From NCBI GenBank assembly GCA_031962025.1, contig JAVRKW010000005.1: a DNA stretch of 64,000 nucleotides. One strand, written 5' to 3'. Below the pieces are notes generated by a model that did not search any database, had not been told where the DNA came from, and saw nothing but the letters and a program-made list of their open reading frames with translations. Each line of letters begins with the position of its first letter. The first letter of the stretch is position 1. The stretch is from Pseudothermotoga sp. (GTDB lineage Bacteria; Thermotogota; Thermotogae; Thermotogales; DSM-5069). Shown here in pieces: positions 18,656 to 33,638 of the stretch. The position numbers and the translations under genes were made by a program.

Positions 18656-20029
18656 GTGATATATCTGAATAGAGATCTTACTCAAGGTAGTCTAACTAAA
18701 AACCTTTTTTATATGGCACTGCCCACGATGGGCGGTTTTGCTTTGCAGGGACTGTACGATATCGTCGATATGTTCTGGATAGGCAGAATATCGGCAAAAG
18801 CAATTGCCGGTGTTACGGTTTTTTCCACTATTTTCTGGCTGGTTGAGGTCTTGAATGAAATAATAGGAATGAGTTCGACCTCGTTGATTTCCCAGAATTA
18901 CGGAGCAAAGGATTATGAGCGCACAAACAGAGTGATCGAACAAACCATAGTTTTTAAAATTTTTGTCGCGTTGATTGCCTCTGCAATTTTGATTGTCTTT
19001 CTTAAACCATTGATGAGTATTTTCAGTAAGGATCCAGAGGTTATCAAAGCAGGAATCGATTATGGGTACTGGAGAAGTTTTTTCATGCCCATATTCTTTG
19101 CAACATATTCAACCTACACGGCGCAGAGAATGACAGGCGAATCAAGATTGCCGATGATAATAATGGGCACGAGTGCTGTTTTGAATGTCGTACTCGATCC
19201 AATTTTTATGTTCGATAGAGTCCCGTTTTTCAACATCAAGGGTTTTAATATGAAGGTCAGTGGTGCCGCTATAGCTACCGTCATATCGACTTTTGTTGCG
19301 TTCCTTTGGGGATTTGCAGTTCTATTGAAAGGTAGAGGCAAAATAAAGATAACACTATCTGGTTTGTTCAAATTGAACAGAAAAATAGATCTCAAGCTGC
19401 TGACGATAGGTTTACCGAGTGGTATTGAAATGCTCATGAGAAGTGGATCAAGTGCAATCTTGACGAAAATTCTCGGCATCTATGGCTCTTCAACACTTGC
19501 CGTTGTGGGTGTTGTCAGCAGGCTAATGGGTCTTGCGTTTATACCGTTGATGGGTTTTTCAATGGGCGCAAGTGCAATTGTCGGACAGAACCTTGGAGCA
19601 AACAAGATACAGAGAGCTGAAAATACGGTACTGCTGGCGGCTTTATATGGTTCGTTATTCGTACTTATCTTTGTGATCATTGCCAATTTCTATCCCCAAG
19701 TCGTTATGAGTTTCTTCGTCCATGAAAAAGAAGTCATACAGGAAGGAGTTTCTGCCGTTCGAATTGGTTCATGGTCGATGTTGATTGCAGCTTTGTCAGT
19801 ATCGCTAATGAGTGGTTTTTTTGGTGCAGGCTACACATTGCCAGCCATGTTTTCGAGCATTGTTGGAAGATGGTTCGTACAGCTTCCTTATGTGATAATC
19901 GTCGTGCTGTTTCTAAAACTTCCAACTGTTTACATCTGGTTTTCATTTATAGTCGCCGAGTTAGCTGAATTGATCTACGCCTTTGTCGTATTTTCAAAAG
20001 GTAAATGGAAACAGTACAGAGTCAAGTAA
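18656..20029 (+). CDS. MATE family efflux transporter
   Basis: DLTQGS..ALP, YDIVDMFWIG, LNVVLDPIF, GAAIATVIS, VGQNLGA; about 12 TM segments. Confidence 0.92.
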   Translation: MIYLNRDLTQGSLTKNLFYMALPTMGGFALQGLYDIVDMFWIGRISAKAIAGVTVFSTIFWLVEVLNEIIGMSSTSLISQNYGAKDYERTNRVIEQTIVFKIFVALIASAILIVFLKPLMSIFSKDPEVIKAGIDYGYWRSFFMPIFFATYSTYTAQRMTGESRLPMIIMGTSAVLNVVLDPIFMFDRVPFFNIKGFNMKVSGAAIATVISTFVAFLWGFAVLLKGRGKIKITLSGLFKLNRKIDLKLLTIGLPSGIEMLMRSGSSAILTKILGIYGSSTLAVVGVVSRLMGLAFIPLMGFSMGASAIVGQNLGANKIQRAENTVLLAALYGSLFVLIFVIIANFYPQVVMSFFVHEKEVIQEGVSAVRIGSWSMLIAALSVSLMSGFFGAGYTLPAMFSSIVGRWFVQLPYVIIVVLFLKLPTVYIWFSFIVAELAELIYAFVVFSKGKWKQYRVK

Positions 20030-20130
20030 TCATCCTCAACTGAATTTGATTAACTATCCTCAGCCACAAAACATTAAGATGTTTTATAATTGGATTGTTC
20101 TTTCAGAAAATAGTACGGGAGGGCAAAATT

Positions 20131-21279
20131 GTGCAATACAGAGAGTTTGGAAAAGCAAGGACATCTCTTTTGGGGTTTGGAGCAATGAGACTTCCTGTTT
20201 TGAATAGCGATGAATCTCAAATAGATGAAGAAAAGGCAATAGAGATGATCAGATATTCTGTTGATCATGGAGTGAACTATGTCGACACTGCGTATTCTTA
20301 TCACAGGGGAAACAGTGAAAAAGTTGTTGGAAGGGCACTTGAAGATGGATACAGGGAAAAAGTCTTTCTTGCCACAAAATCTCCTGTCTGGCAGGTGGAA
20401 AGATTTGAAGATTTCGAAAGATTTCTGGATGAACAGTTAAAAAAACTTCAAACTGACCATATAGATATGTATCTCATGCACGCACTTAACAAGGAAAGGT
20501 GGCAAAAAATAATAGATTTGAGGTTTTTTGAATTTTTCAAGAAGGCAAAAGACCAGGGAAAAATAAGGTTTGCTGGTTTTTCTTTCCACGATAAATACCC
20601 CGTTTTCAAAGAAATTGTGGATAGTTACGATTGGGATTTCTGCCAGATTCAACTCAACTATATGGATATCAACTATCAGGCTGGATTGATGGGACTTATG
20701 TATGCTTCTTCCAAAGGACTGCCAGTTGTGATAATGGAACCTCTTAAAGGTGGAAAACTTGCAAAACTTCCAGATAAAGTTGTGAATATTCTGAAAAGAA
20801 GTGGAAGAAATTGGTCTGCTGTGGAGTGGAGTTTGAGATGGCTTGGAAACTTCCCACAAGTGTCAGTCATTCTGAGTGGAATGAGCACTCCAGAGCAGGT
20901 GAAGGAAAACATAGAGATAGTGAACCAGATAACACCGAACAACCTGACACAAGATGATTTAAAATTAATTGATGAGGTGAGAAAAACCTTAGAATCTTTT
21001 GCAGCAGTCAATTGTACAGAATGTGGTTACTGTATGCCATGTCCGAATGGTGTGAACATCCCCGGAAATTTCAGACTGTATAACGAAACAATCATGTTTG
21101 AAGATGTAGAAGGAGGAAGGCAGACGTATAGATGGTTCGAAAGTCAAAAAATGTCGGCGGCTTTTTGCATAGAATGTGGTGAATGTCTCAGTAAATGTCC
21201 TCAAAAACTCCAAATTCCTTCACTTCTCAAAAAAGTTCACAGCGAGTTTGTGAAAAATGACAAAAAACAATCACTTTGA
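20131..21279 (+). CDS. Aldo/keto reductase with C-terminal 4Fe-4S dicluster
   Basis: LGFGAMRLP, DTAYSYH, LATK, MEPLKGG; CTECGYCMPCP and CIECGECLSKCP. Confidence 0.92.
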   Translation: MQYREFGKARTSLLGFGAMRLPVLNSDESQIDEEKAIEMIRYSVDHGVNYVDTAYSYHRGNSEKVVGRALEDGYREKVFLATKSPVWQVERFEDFERFLDEQLKKLQTDHIDMYLMHALNKERWQKIIDLRFFEFFKKAKDQGKIRFAGFSFHDKYPVFKEIVDSYDWDFCQIQLNYMDINYQAGLMGLMYASSKGLPVVIMEPLKGGKLAKLPDKVVNILKRSGRNWSAVEWSLRWLGNFPQVSVILSGMSTPEQVKENIEIVNQITPNNLTQDDLKLIDEVRKTLESFAAVNCTECGYCMPCPNGVNIPGNFRLYNETIMFEDVEGGRQTYRWFESQKMSAAFCIECGECLSKCPQKLQIPSLLKKVHSEFVKNDKKQSL

Positions 21280-21424
21280 CAGATGTTCCATGGAAGGCAG
21301 CCTGAGCTGCTAAGCATCCGGGAAATTAAAAGTGTCAGTGAACTTGCCTGTCAAAATCAAATGTGCTAAAATAAATTTGCTGTCAGGTATTAAAGGTGAT
21401 TTATAATTAATTGTGGATTTGGTA

Positions 21425-21481
21425 TGGTGGGAGAACAGGAGAAAGCCATATCTCAATATGAGGTATGGCTTTTAATCTTTT
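21425..21481 (+). promoter_or_regulatory. GlpP-type antitermination leader (conserved box plus intrinsic terminator), copy 1
   Basis: TGGTGGGAGAACAGGAGAAAGCCATATC..., stem AAAGCCATATCTCA/TGAGGTATGGCTTT then a T-rich run; 23/30 nt shared with the leader at 28434-28405; glpP is in the operon. Confidence 0.75.
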
Positions 21482-21496
21482 ATGGGAGGTGTATCT

Positions 21497-25339
<3,843 letters not shown>

Positions 25340-25360
<21 letters not shown>

Positions 25361-25723
25361 ATCTTTCAAAACAGTTCTTGTCGCAACTACATCAACACCG
25401 GTATCAAAAACATTTTTCAAAATAACGTCCCCAGCTTTGACGGGGGCGTTTATTTCAATCTCTCTGAGTTTTTTCATCAACTGCGGGATGTATTTTTTCG
25501 GGATCGGTTTTGAAGTTTTAACTGATACGAGTGGATAATTCCCTCCAACAACTTTGACGCTCGTTGGAACAACTCTCTTTGGTTCTTTGAGTTCATCTTC
25601 AAGGTATGCAATACCTCTTGGACACCTGTTGCCTTCGACTTTCACTATCTTTCCGTCCAATAGCTCATATTTTATCTTGCACCCAACGGGACATTGCACA
25701 CAAACAACTCTGTCCATTTTCAT
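25340..25723 (-). CDS. DUF1667 small CxxC protein (third subunit of the G3P dehydrogenase cluster)
   Basis: CVQCPVGC...GNRCPRG..Y, VSVKT..PIPK. Confidence 0.85.
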
Positions 25724-26931
25724 TCCTCCCTGAGAGAAACGGAAATTTTTTCAAGACCTGATAACTTCTCAGATGGTATCTTTATCCTGATCATCTCACT
25801 TGGCATCACATCTTCAAATTTCCTTTCAAAACTGCCGACAATCAAGGTTGCTTTTTCCATTGGCTTTTTGCTTCTGATGTATAAAATCAAGTCCTCACCG
25901 CTTACATATCTTCTTGGGAAGATCACTCCGATATTTTCCTTAGCTTCGATTGGTACACCACTTTCAAAGTTGCTTCCCTTTGCATACAGAGCTGCGTATT
26001 TTCCGGCTTTTTCTCCTTCCATTGTCACATAATCGACAAGATCATATATCACAGTACAGTTACCTGCAGAAAAGATCCATTCATTTGAACTCTGACCTAT
26101 ATTGGAACACGAAACACCTTTTGAAACTGGATCCATCTGTACAAGTCCCTGAAGCAACTCCACCTGTGGTATGAGTCCAACAGAGAGAACAAGTGTATCC
26201 ACTTTGAAAATTCTTTCTGTACCGGGTATTGGCTTGTAATTTTCATCAACCTGTGCAACTACAACTTCTTCAAGTCTATCTTTTCCTCTCACTTCAACAA
26301 CTGTGCTCGAAAGATACAGAGGTATATTGTAATCCTCAAGACATTGAATGACATTCCTTAAAAGCCCTCCGGAATAAGGTAGTCTTTCTACCACTGCAAC
26401 CACTTCGACACCTTCAAGTGTCAATCTCCGTGCCACGATCATGCCGATATCACCAGAACCCAGTATCAAAGCTCTCTTTCCAATTAATCTGTTCTCTATG
26501 TTCATGTATTTCTGGGCAACACCGGCTGTGAAGATTCCTGAAGGTCTATCTCCCGGGATCATCAAAGCTCCAAAGGGTCTCTCTCTTGCACCCGCTGTGT
26601 AGACGACAGATTTGGTTTGAATTTCAAACACACCCTTTGGGGAAACCAGAACAGCTTTTTTATCGGCTTTAACAGTGTGGACGTGACAGTCTGTCAGAAG
26701 TTCTATGTTGTGATTCTCAAGCAATGCGGAAAATCTCTCGGCGTATTCCGGACCTGTGAGTTCTTCTTTAAAATAATGAAGTCCAAAGCCATTGTGTATG
26801 CATTGATTGAGAATGCCGCCGGTTCTCTCATCTCTGTCAACAAGAACTACCTTTACTCCATTTTTTGCCGCGCTCAGTGCCGCTGCCATTCCAGCAGCAC
26901 CGGCACCTATCACAAGAACGTCTGTTTTCAT
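25720..26931 (-). CDS. NAD(P)/FAD-dependent oxidoreductase (G3P dehydrogenase cluster)
   Basis: GAGAAGM, GGILNQCIHNGFG, ELTGPEYA, GARER, GSGDIG. Confidence 0.9.
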   Translation of the reverse strand: MKTDVLVIGAGAAGMAAALSAAKNGVKVVLVDRDERTGGILNQCIHNGFGLHYFKEELTGPEYAERFSALLENHNIELLTDCHVHTVKADKKAVLVSPKGVFEIQTKSVVYTAGARERPFGALMIPGDRPSGIFTAGVAQKYMNIENRLIGKRALILGSGDIGMIVARRLTLEGVEVVAVVERLPYSGGLLRNVIQCLEDYNIPLYLSSTVVEVRGKDRLEEVVVAQVDENYKPIPGTERIFKVDTLVLSVGLIPQVELLQGLVQMDPVSKGVSCSNIGQSSNEWIFSAGNCTVIYDLVDYVTMEGEKAGKYAALYAKGSNFESGVPIEAKENIGVIFPRRYVSGEDLILYIRSKKPMEKATLIVGSFERKFEDVMPSEMIRIKIPSEKLSGLEKISVSLREE

Positions 26932-28367
26932 TCTCTCACCTTCCCGTCGACGATCCAGCTTTCAGGTGATTTGAGAACTATTTGAGACATGTCCATTTTG
27001 AGCTCCCTTTGCAGAATCTTCATGATCTTTATTGAACAAAAACCACCTTGACATCTTCCAAACATCGCTCTTGTTCTGAATTTGACACCATCCAAAGTTC
27101 TTGCACCTCTTCTTATCGCTTCGATTATCTCTGCTTCTGTGACTTCGTTGCAGTAACAGATCAACCTGCCAGCAGCGGGATCTTTTTGCACAAGTTTTTG
27201 CCATTCCTCCAGTGGTAATTCAACGATCTTTTTTATGCCTTTTCTGAATGGATTGAAATCTTTTTTCGCGGTTAAACGAAAACCGAGCTCCTGCTGAATG
27301 ATCTGTTCAACCGTATACTGTGCAATCGCAGGTGCAGCAGTTAAACCGGGAGATCTCATTGCCATGAGATTTACAAAGTTTTTCACAACCTTGCTCGCAC
27401 CGATGAAGAAATCTTTTTGAGGACTTTCAGGTCTCAAACCACAAAAAGTCTTGACGGTTTGAGAGAAATCCAGAGACGGAACAAGGGTTTTTGTGAAACT
27501 CTTTATCTGTTCCAATCCCTCCTGCGTTGTTTCAAAATGGTTTTTCATATCTGCTGGTAAATCAACTGCCGTGGGTCCGAGTAGCAAACCGCCATCTATG
27601 GTTGGTAAAACCAGTATTCCCTTTGATGTTTTGGTGGGTGTCGGGAAGATAATTGATCTGACAGTTGTCCCCACTTTTTTATCCAGAAGAATGTACTCAC
27701 CGCGGCGTGGATGCAATGGAACATACTCTGCCCCTGCGAGAATGGCTATCTTATCTGCAAAAAGTCCAGCAGCGTTTATGACAAGATCTGCCTCATAAGA
27801 ATTTTTATCGGTGATAACCTTTGTAATTCTGTCGTTTTTCTTCTCAAAGCCCACAACCTCTTCGTTCAAAACAACTTTTGCTCCATTTTCCACAGCATTT
27901 TCTACAGCGGCAATTGCAACCATCCATGGTTCTGTTATGCCGGCAGTTGGTGCCCAAAGACCACACTGAACATCTTTACTCAGATTCGGTTCTCTTTCAA
28001 GTACGGTATTTCTGCTGTGAATCTCCAGACCAGGTACTTTGTTGATCTTTCCCTGCTCGTAGAGCTCTTCAACTGTTTTTACTTCCTGATCGTTCAAAGC
28101 GATCACGTATGAACCAATCCTTTTTATTTCAAAATCCAGTTCTTTCGACAGTTGAGTGTACAGTTCATTTCCCTTTGCACAAAATTTTGCTCGCATAGAA
28201 CCAGCAGGATCATCATAACCTGCGTGAAGTATGGCGGAGTTGGCTTTTGTGACTCCCCAACCTATATCCAGGTTTTTTTCAATTATTGTGAGATCAAGAT
28301 CGTATTTACACAATTCCCTTGCTGCTAAGCTTCCAACGACACCCGCACCGATTACGATAACTTTCAT
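26928..28367 (-). CDS. Glycerol-3-phosphate dehydrogenase large subunit-like FAD enzyme with BFD-like [2Fe-2S] domain
   Basis: IGAGVVG, TKANSAILHAG, SPGLTAAPA, CYCNEVTE...GRCQGGFC. Confidence 0.88.
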   Translation of the reverse strand: MKVIVIGAGVVGSLAARELCKYDLDLTIIEKNLDIGWGVTKANSAILHAGYDDPAGSMRAKFCAKGNELYTQLSKELDFEIKRIGSYVIALNDQEVKTVEELYEQGKINKVPGLEIHSRNTVLEREPNLSKDVQCGLWAPTAGITEPWMVAIAAVENAVENGAKVVLNEEVVGFEKKNDRITKVITDKNSYEADLVINAAGLFADKIAILAGAEYVPLHPRRGEYILLDKKVGTTVRSIIFPTPTKTSKGILVLPTIDGGLLLGPTAVDLPADMKNHFETTQEGLEQIKSFTKTLVPSLDFSQTVKTFCGLRPESPQKDFFIGASKVVKNFVNLMAMRSPGLTAAPAIAQYTVEQIIQQELGFRLTAKKDFNPFRKGIKKIVELPLEEWQKLVQKDPAAGRLICYCNEVTEAEIIEAIRRGARTLDGVKFRTRAMFGRCQGGFCSIKIMKILQRELKMDMSQIVLKSPESWIVDGKVRE

Positions 28368-28380
28368 CTTAAACACCTCC

Positions 28381-28472
28381 AAAGAAAAAAGCCACACCCC
28401 AAAAGGGATGTGGCTTTCTCCAGGACTCATACCACACCGTTTTTATTCTACCACGATTTTTGAACTTTTCAA
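28381..28472 (-). promoter_or_regulatory. Promoter plus GlpP-type antitermination leader, copy 2
   Basis: Minus strand TTGAAA, 16 bp, TAGAAT, then TGGTATGAGTCCTGGAGAAAGCCACATCCC-TTTT-GGGGTGTGGCTTTTTTCTTT. Confidence 0.75.
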
Positions 28473-28513
28473 GCCATTGATATGCAAAGATTGATAACAG
28501 TTCTAACAAACAC

Positions 28514-28542
28514 TTGATTTTTCACCGCTGTGTTTGTATAAT
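28514..28542 (+). promoter_or_regulatory. Sigma70 promoter of tRNA-Thr-tilS-ftsH
   Basis: TTGATT, 17 bp, TATAAT. Confidence 0.65.
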
Positions 28543-28563
28543 GTCAGATGTGGAAACTGGCGA

Positions 28564-28639
28564 GCCAGCGTAGCTCAATCGGCAGAGCGGCGCATTCGTA
28601 ATGCGTAGGTCGGGGGTTCGAGTCCCTTCGCTGGCTCCA
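28564..28639 (+). tRNA. tRNA-Thr (anticodon CGT)
   Basis: Acceptor GCCAGCG/CGCTGGC, TAGCTCAATCGGCAGAGC D-arm, loop TTCGTAA, GGTTCGAGTCC T-arm, encoded CCA. Confidence 0.96.
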
Positions 28640-28663
28640 TATTTTTATTTAGAAGGTGTTGTT

Positions 28664-30001
28664 GTGCCTCTTGACGAGTTTGAATTTGAAGTTCTCAAAT
28701 TCATTGAAAATCATCAGTTGATCACACCCGATTGCAAAGTGTTAGTAGCCCTCTCCGGTGGTATCGATTCTGTAAGCCTTTTACACGTGCTGGTGAAACT
28801 TCGCAGGTTACTCAAGATCGAAGTACTCGCAGCGCATCTAAATCACATGATCCGTGAAAATGCTTCAAGAGATGAAGAATTTGTCAAAAACCTCTGTGCC
28901 AGTATAGGTGTGAAACTCTACACAGACAGAATAGATGTGCCAGCCATCTGTGCTAAAAGAAAACTCAGCATAGAAGAAGGTGCAAGGATTGTACGCTACG
29001 ATTTTTTGCACAGAATTTTACAGGAATCTGGTTCAGATCTTCTGGCTCTTGGACACAATTTGAATGATCTATCTGAAACTATTCTTTATAGATTGGCAAG
29101 AGGTACGAGTTTGACAGGTTTTGTGTGTATGTACCCAAAGGATGGATACAAAATCAGACCGTTTCTGTACTTCAAAAGACAGCAGATAGAATCGTATGCA
29201 AAGAGAAATTCTATTTGTTATGTTGAAGACGAAACCAATTTTGATCTGTCATATACGAGAAATTACATACGCCACAGGATACTGCCGCTGTTGAGAAATC
29301 TGAATGACGATGTTGAAAGTACGATCAAACAGGTTCATTTTTCTGCCATCTTGCTCAAAGATCATGTTTCTAAGATTTTAGAGAAATACAGGAACAAAAT
29401 ATATCTTTTTCAGAACAGGATCGTTTTTGACTCAAGTGAAATGGACGAATTTGAAATAGTGGAAATGATCAAAGCGTCTGTGGAGAAATTAAATGCGCAG
29501 ATCAACTACAGGCAGATAGAACAGATAGTATCAAAGCTAAATGAGAGTTCGTGGACTGTCAATATCGCAAAAGGAACCAGTGTGCGGAAAGGATTTGAGT
29601 TCATCAGCGTTGAAAAAGGACATTTTCCTGCCGACAAGCTGAAAATTACTCGAGAGGGAGTGTACAATTTTAATGGATGGATCTTTGAACTGTCAAAAGA
29701 TGTCAAATCAAATGAACATGTTTTTGTCAACCCGGAGTATGTGATGATAAGAACTCGCAATAAAGGCGACAGAATACTTGGTAAGAAATTGAAAGACATC
29801 ATGATAGACTCAAGAATACCGCATTTTTTGAGAGATGAAATGCCAGTAGTTTGTGATGAAAATCAGATAATCTGGATTCCCGGTGTTTATCTAAACAATA
29901 GTTTCAAAGAAAAGAAAAATAATCTTCTTGTTTTGAATTTGCTGAATGATCCGTACAGTTGTATACTTAAAGAGAGAAACGAAAGGAGGAAAAAAGTTTG
30001 A
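28664..30001 (+). CDS. tilS: tRNA(Ile)-lysidine synthetase
   Basis: VALSGGIDS, HLNHMIR, EEGAR..RY, GHNLND..ET, DETN, RNYIRH; start approximate. Confidence 0.95.
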   Translation: MPLDEFEFEVLKFIENHQLITPDCKVLVALSGGIDSVSLLHVLVKLRRLLKIEVLAAHLNHMIRENASRDEEFVKNLCASIGVKLYTDRIDVPAICAKRKLSIEEGARIVRYDFLHRILQESGSDLLALGHNLNDLSETILYRLARGTSLTGFVCMYPKDGYKIRPFLYFKRQQIESYAKRNSICYVEDETNFDLSYTRNYIRHRILPLLRNLNDDVESTIKQVHFSAILLKDHVSKILEKYRNKIYLFQNRIVFDSSEMDEFEIVEMIKASVEKLNAQINYRQIEQIVSKLNESSWTVNIAKGTSVRKGFEFISVEKGHFPADKLKITREGVYNFNGWIFELSKDVKSNEHVFVNPEYVMIRTRNKGDRILGKKLKDIMIDSRIPHFLRDEMPVVCDENQIIWIPGVYLNNSFKEKKNNLLVLNLLNDPYSCILKERNERRKKV

Positions 30002-31878
30002 ATGGAAATCGTCCAAACTATATATCGTTGATATTTGCAGCACTGGTTATACTCTCGCTTTTTTGGCTTGTGAGGTCTTTCTATTTTGAAAACACTTCGC
30101 CTTCGAAGATGAGCTTCAGTGATTTCATACAGATGTCATATGAAGAACCCACAAAGATTGCAGAAGTAGTCATAAGAGACGATGGAATGTTGAGAGTAAC
30201 AACCAAACGTGGTGAGTACTACGAAATATACGCGCCCTGGTTCAGTCAGGACTCAAGCACCATAAAAGTCCTCAGTGAAAAAGGTGTGAGAGTAGTTGGT
30301 GAAAAAGGTGTAAGCAGTTCCTTTTGGATCAACGTCATTGGGAACGTGATCTTCATCGGTTTTCTTTTGTTCATGTTCTTTTTCATGATGAGGACAATTT
30401 CTGGCAGAAACAACCAGGCTTTCACTTTTACAAAAAGTAGAGCTCAGATGAGTAAACCCGGTCAGGGTCGTGTTACTTTCAACGATGTTGCGGGTGTGGA
30501 TGAAGCGATAGAAGAGCTGAAGGAGACCGTTTTATTCTTAAAAGACCCAAATCGCTTTGCAAAAATTGGAGCGAGAATGCCCAAGGGTATTCTCTTAGTC
30601 GGACCACCCGGCACTGGAAAAACTCTGCTTGCAAGAGCTGTCGCAGGAGAAGCCAATGTACCTTTCTTCCACATAAGTGGTTCTGATTTTGTAGAGCTTT
30701 TTGTCGGAGTTGGTGCTGCTCGTGTTCGTGATCTGTTCAACCAAGCCAAAATGAATGCACCATGCATAGTGTTCATAGATGAAATAGACGCTGTCGGAAG
30801 ACACAGAGGTGCGGGTCTTGGCGGAGGTCATGACGAACGCGAACAAACTCTGAACCAGTTGCTTGTGGAAATGGACGGGTTTGATATCAGGCAAGGTATA
30901 GTCGTTATGGCTGCTACGAATAGACCTGATATCCTTGATCCTGCTCTGCTCAGACCTGGAAGATTTGATAAAAAGGTGGTCTTAGACACGCCAGATGTAA
31001 AAGGAAGAGAAGCAATACTGAAGATTCACATAAGGAACAAACCTTTAGCAGATGACGTTGATGTAAAGATTCTGGCTCAAAGAACAACAGGCTTTGTTGG
31101 TGCAGACCTTGAAAATCTCGTGAATGAGGCTGCCCTGCTTGCTGCAAGAGATGGCAGGGAAAAGATATCGATGTCAGATTTTGAGGAAGCCATAGACCGT
31201 GTCATAGCCGGACCGGCGAGAAAATCCCGTGTGATAAGTCCAAAAGAAAAAAGAATTGTTGCTTACCACGAAGTGGGACACGCTATTGTATCAAGCTTGC
31301 TTCCAAATGCAGATCCGGTTCACAGGATATCGATCATTCCAAGAGGTTACAGAGCGCTTGGTTATACACTTCAACTACCGGCGGAAGATCGTTATCTTGT
31401 TACAAAACAGGAACTTCTGGATCAGATAACCAGTCTTCTTGGTGGCAGAGCTGCAGAGGAACTCATTTTCCAAGAAGTTACGACCGGCGCGGCTTCAGAT
31501 ATCGAAAGAGCCACAGAGCTTGCAAGAAGAATGGTTTGCCAGTTTGGCATGAGCAACAGACTTGGTCCTTTGGCTTGGGGTAAAACTGAACAGGAAATAT
31601 TTCTGGGTAAAGAACTGACAAGAATGAGAAACTACAGCGAAGAAGTGGCAAGCGAGATCGACGATGAAGTCAGAAAGATAGTCACTGAGTGTTATGATAA
31701 AGCAAAAGAGATTCTGAGCAAATATCGTAAACAACTCGATGAGTTGGTTGAACTTCTTTTGGAACGAGAGGTCCTTGAAGGTGAGGAATTGAGGAAGATT
31801 TTGAAAAGTGAACTTGGGGGGGAAATGATAAATCATGACGAACTTGGAGCAGTTACGCGCAAAGAGCAGAATAGTTGA
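29998..31878 (+). CDS. ftsH: ATP-dependent zinc metalloprotease FtsH
   Basis: Two TM segments, [38 protein letters not shown]. Confidence 0.98.
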   Translation: MNGNRPNYISLIFAALVILSLFWLVRSFYFENTSPSKMSFSDFIQMSYEEPTKIAEVVIRDDGMLRVTTKRGEYYEIYAPWFSQDSSTIKVLSEKGVRVVGEKGVSSSFWINVIGNVIFIGFLLFMFFFMMRTISGRNNQAFTFTKSRAQMSKPGQGRVTFNDVAGVDEAIEELKETVLFLKDPNRFAKIGARMPKGILLVGPPGTGKTLLARAVAGEANVPFFHISGSDFVELFVGVGAARVRDLFNQAKMNAPCIVFIDEIDAVGRHRGAGLGGGHDEREQTLNQLLVEMDGFDIRQGIVVMAATNRPDILDPALLRPGRFDKKVVLDTPDVKGREAILKIHIRNKPLADDVDVKILAQRTTGFVGADLENLVNEAALLAARDGREKISMSDFEEAIDRVIAGPARKSRVISPKEKRIVAYHEVGHAIVSSLLPNADPVHRISIIPRGYRALGYTLQLPAEDRYLVTKQELLDQITSLLGGRAAEELIFQEVTTGAASDIERATELARRMVCQFGMSNRLGPLAWGKTEQEIFLGKELTRMRNYSEEVASEIDDEVRKIVTECYDKAKEILSKYRKQLDELVELLLEREVLEGEELRKILKSELGGEMINHDELGAVTRKEQNS

Positions 31879-32236
31879 TGTAACGGTAGATGAGTCGTGC
31901 CGCTGGAATGAGGATCATGAGATGAGTTTGCTCGACCTTGCCAGCACCTCTGGTTTGAGTGCTTTGGTCTTTCACGTTGCTCATGATTTGATACAGCCGT
32001 TTCTGTCAGAAGAAGAGATATCAGTTGTTGTTGAGGCAAATGTTCGTCACATCACACCGGCATACGTTTCAGAGAAATTGGCGGTCAGTGTGAAGGTGAT
32101 CGACATTGTACAAAATAAGATCAAATTGCGTGGAATTATAATGAAAGGCGAAGCAAAAGTACTGGAAGCCGAATTTGTCAGAGCGGTGATTTCTAAAAAT
32201 TACCTCAGGAGGATATCTATTGAGAAAACCACGTGA
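31835..32236 (+). CDS. Hot-dog-fold thioesterase-like protein (FlK-like)
   Basis: LASTSGL, SVVVEANVRHITPA pattern. Confidence 0.65.
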   Translation: MTNLEQLRAKSRIVDVTVDESCRWNEDHEMSLLDLASTSGLSALVFHVAHDLIQPFLSEEEISVVVEANVRHITPAYVSEKLAVSVKVIDIVQNKIKLRGIIMKGEAKVLEAEFVRAVISKNYLRRISIEKTT

Positions 32237-33638
32237 TAGAAGATCTTTCGATGAATTTGACACTGTCAGAAAATTCAAGTCAAGTGAGAAATTAATTGAA
32301 CAAGTTAATCTTGAGGGCGACCTGAGGGTTGCCCTTATTTTTCCAAATGCCTACGAAATTGCGGCATCGAGCTTGGGATTCAACCTAGTATGGAAACTGT
32401 TCAACAGATTACCAAAAGTGCGCTGTGAGAGATTTTTTCTTCACAGAAACTTCCACAAATTCTACTCGCTTGACACACAAACCCCACTCGATGAATTTCC
32501 CATCTGGGCTTTTGTGATGCACTTTGAGAATGACCTGTTAAATGTCATCTGGCTTTTGAAGACAAAAGCTGTACCTGTTTTCAACACAGAAAGAAGGGCT
32601 TTTGACCCTTTGATCGTCTTTGGTGGGGCTTTGACCTACACAGATATTCCCATTTTAAAAGCTGTGGCAGATGTTATTTTACACGGAGATTTTGAAGCTA
32701 TGTTGCAGGATCTACAGGAAAGTCTTTCGTATGACAATCGCGAAAGGTTAATTGAGAAGATCTCCAAACTCGATTTTGCCACTGTACCAATCTGTAAGAC
32801 TACAAGGAAAAAAATCGCGGTATTTGATGACATAAATGCCATGGTTCCATCAAGCCCACTGATATGCTCAAAAGGAGAATTTGCAAACAGGTTACTCGTG
32901 GAAATTGAACGCGGATGTCCTCACAGTTGCAGTTTCTGTATGATGGGTAAATCGAAAAAACCGGTTAGATTCCTTGATCCAGAAATTCTCAAAGAGAAAC
33001 TGAACGGCTCTGATTTTGCAGGATTGATCGCTTCCAATGTCACAGATTATCCATGGCTGGATGAAATAATACCTTGGTTTGAAGAAAAGAAAATGCGGGT
33101 TTCTTTTTCTTCGCTCAGACTGGACAGGTTGAATGAAAGGTTTTTGAGATTTTTGAAAAAAAATCAGCAGAGCTTTACCATAGCACCAGAATCTTTCAGT
33201 GAGAAGATTCGAAAGATACTGGGCAAAAATTTCACAGACCAGCAGATATTACAGACCCTTTTACAGGCAAGAAAAGTGGGGTTCGAAGAAGTCAAGATGT
33301 ACATGATCTATGGACTGGATGAAGAAACTGACCAGGAACTGAAACAAATCGCGGATTTTGTCGATATTATTGCAAAAATGGGATACAAACAGATAAAACT
33401 TTCCTTCAATCCATTGGTTCCCAAACGCGGCACGAAAATGGAATCGCGCAAGATGCAGGATCTTAAAACTCTAAGGAACAAGATGAAAATCATAAGAAAA
33501 TTCGCTGGCAAAAATGTCACGATGACTTTCGAGAGTCTGAAGATGTCCCACATACAGTACATGATAAACAGTGCCAATGAAGATGAATCTCATGAACTGA
33601 TCGAAAAATTCCAGCATATACAAATATTCACGGAGTGA
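32220..33638 (+). CDS. Radical SAM protein (B12-binding-like N-terminus)
   Basis: FPNAYEIAASSLG, EIERGCPHSCSFC, SSLRLD, TIAPE, KMYMIYGL. Confidence 0.88.
   Translation: MRKPRDRRSFDEFDTVRKFKSSEKLIEQVNLEGDLRVALIFPNAYEIAASSLGFNLVWKLFNRLPKVRCERFFLHRNFHKFYSLDTQTPLDEFPIWAFVMHFENDLLNVIWLLKTKAVPVFNTERRAFDPLIVFGGALTYTDIPILKAVADVILHGDFEAMLQDLQESLSYDNRERLIEKISKLDFATVPICKTTRKKIAVFDDINAMVPSSPLICSKGEFANRLLVEIERGCPHSCSFCMMGKSKKPVRFLDPEILKEKLNGSDFAGLIASNVTDYPWLDEIIPWFEEKKMRVSFSSLRLDRLNERFLRFLKKNQQSFTIAPESFSEKIRKILGKNFTDQQILQTLLQARKVGFEEVKMYMIYGLDEETDQELKQIADFVDIIAKMGYKQIKLSFNPLVPKRGTKMESRKMQDLKTLRNKMKIIRKFAGKNVTMTFESLKMSHIQYMINSANEDESHELIEKFQHIQIFTE

Noticed and set aside
28601..28663. N-terminal extension of TilS in the ORF track
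   Set aside because: It overlaps the tRNA-Thr; an artefact of longest-ORF calling. The extensions at 16817-16912, 28368-28430 and 7805-7879 are similar artefacts.
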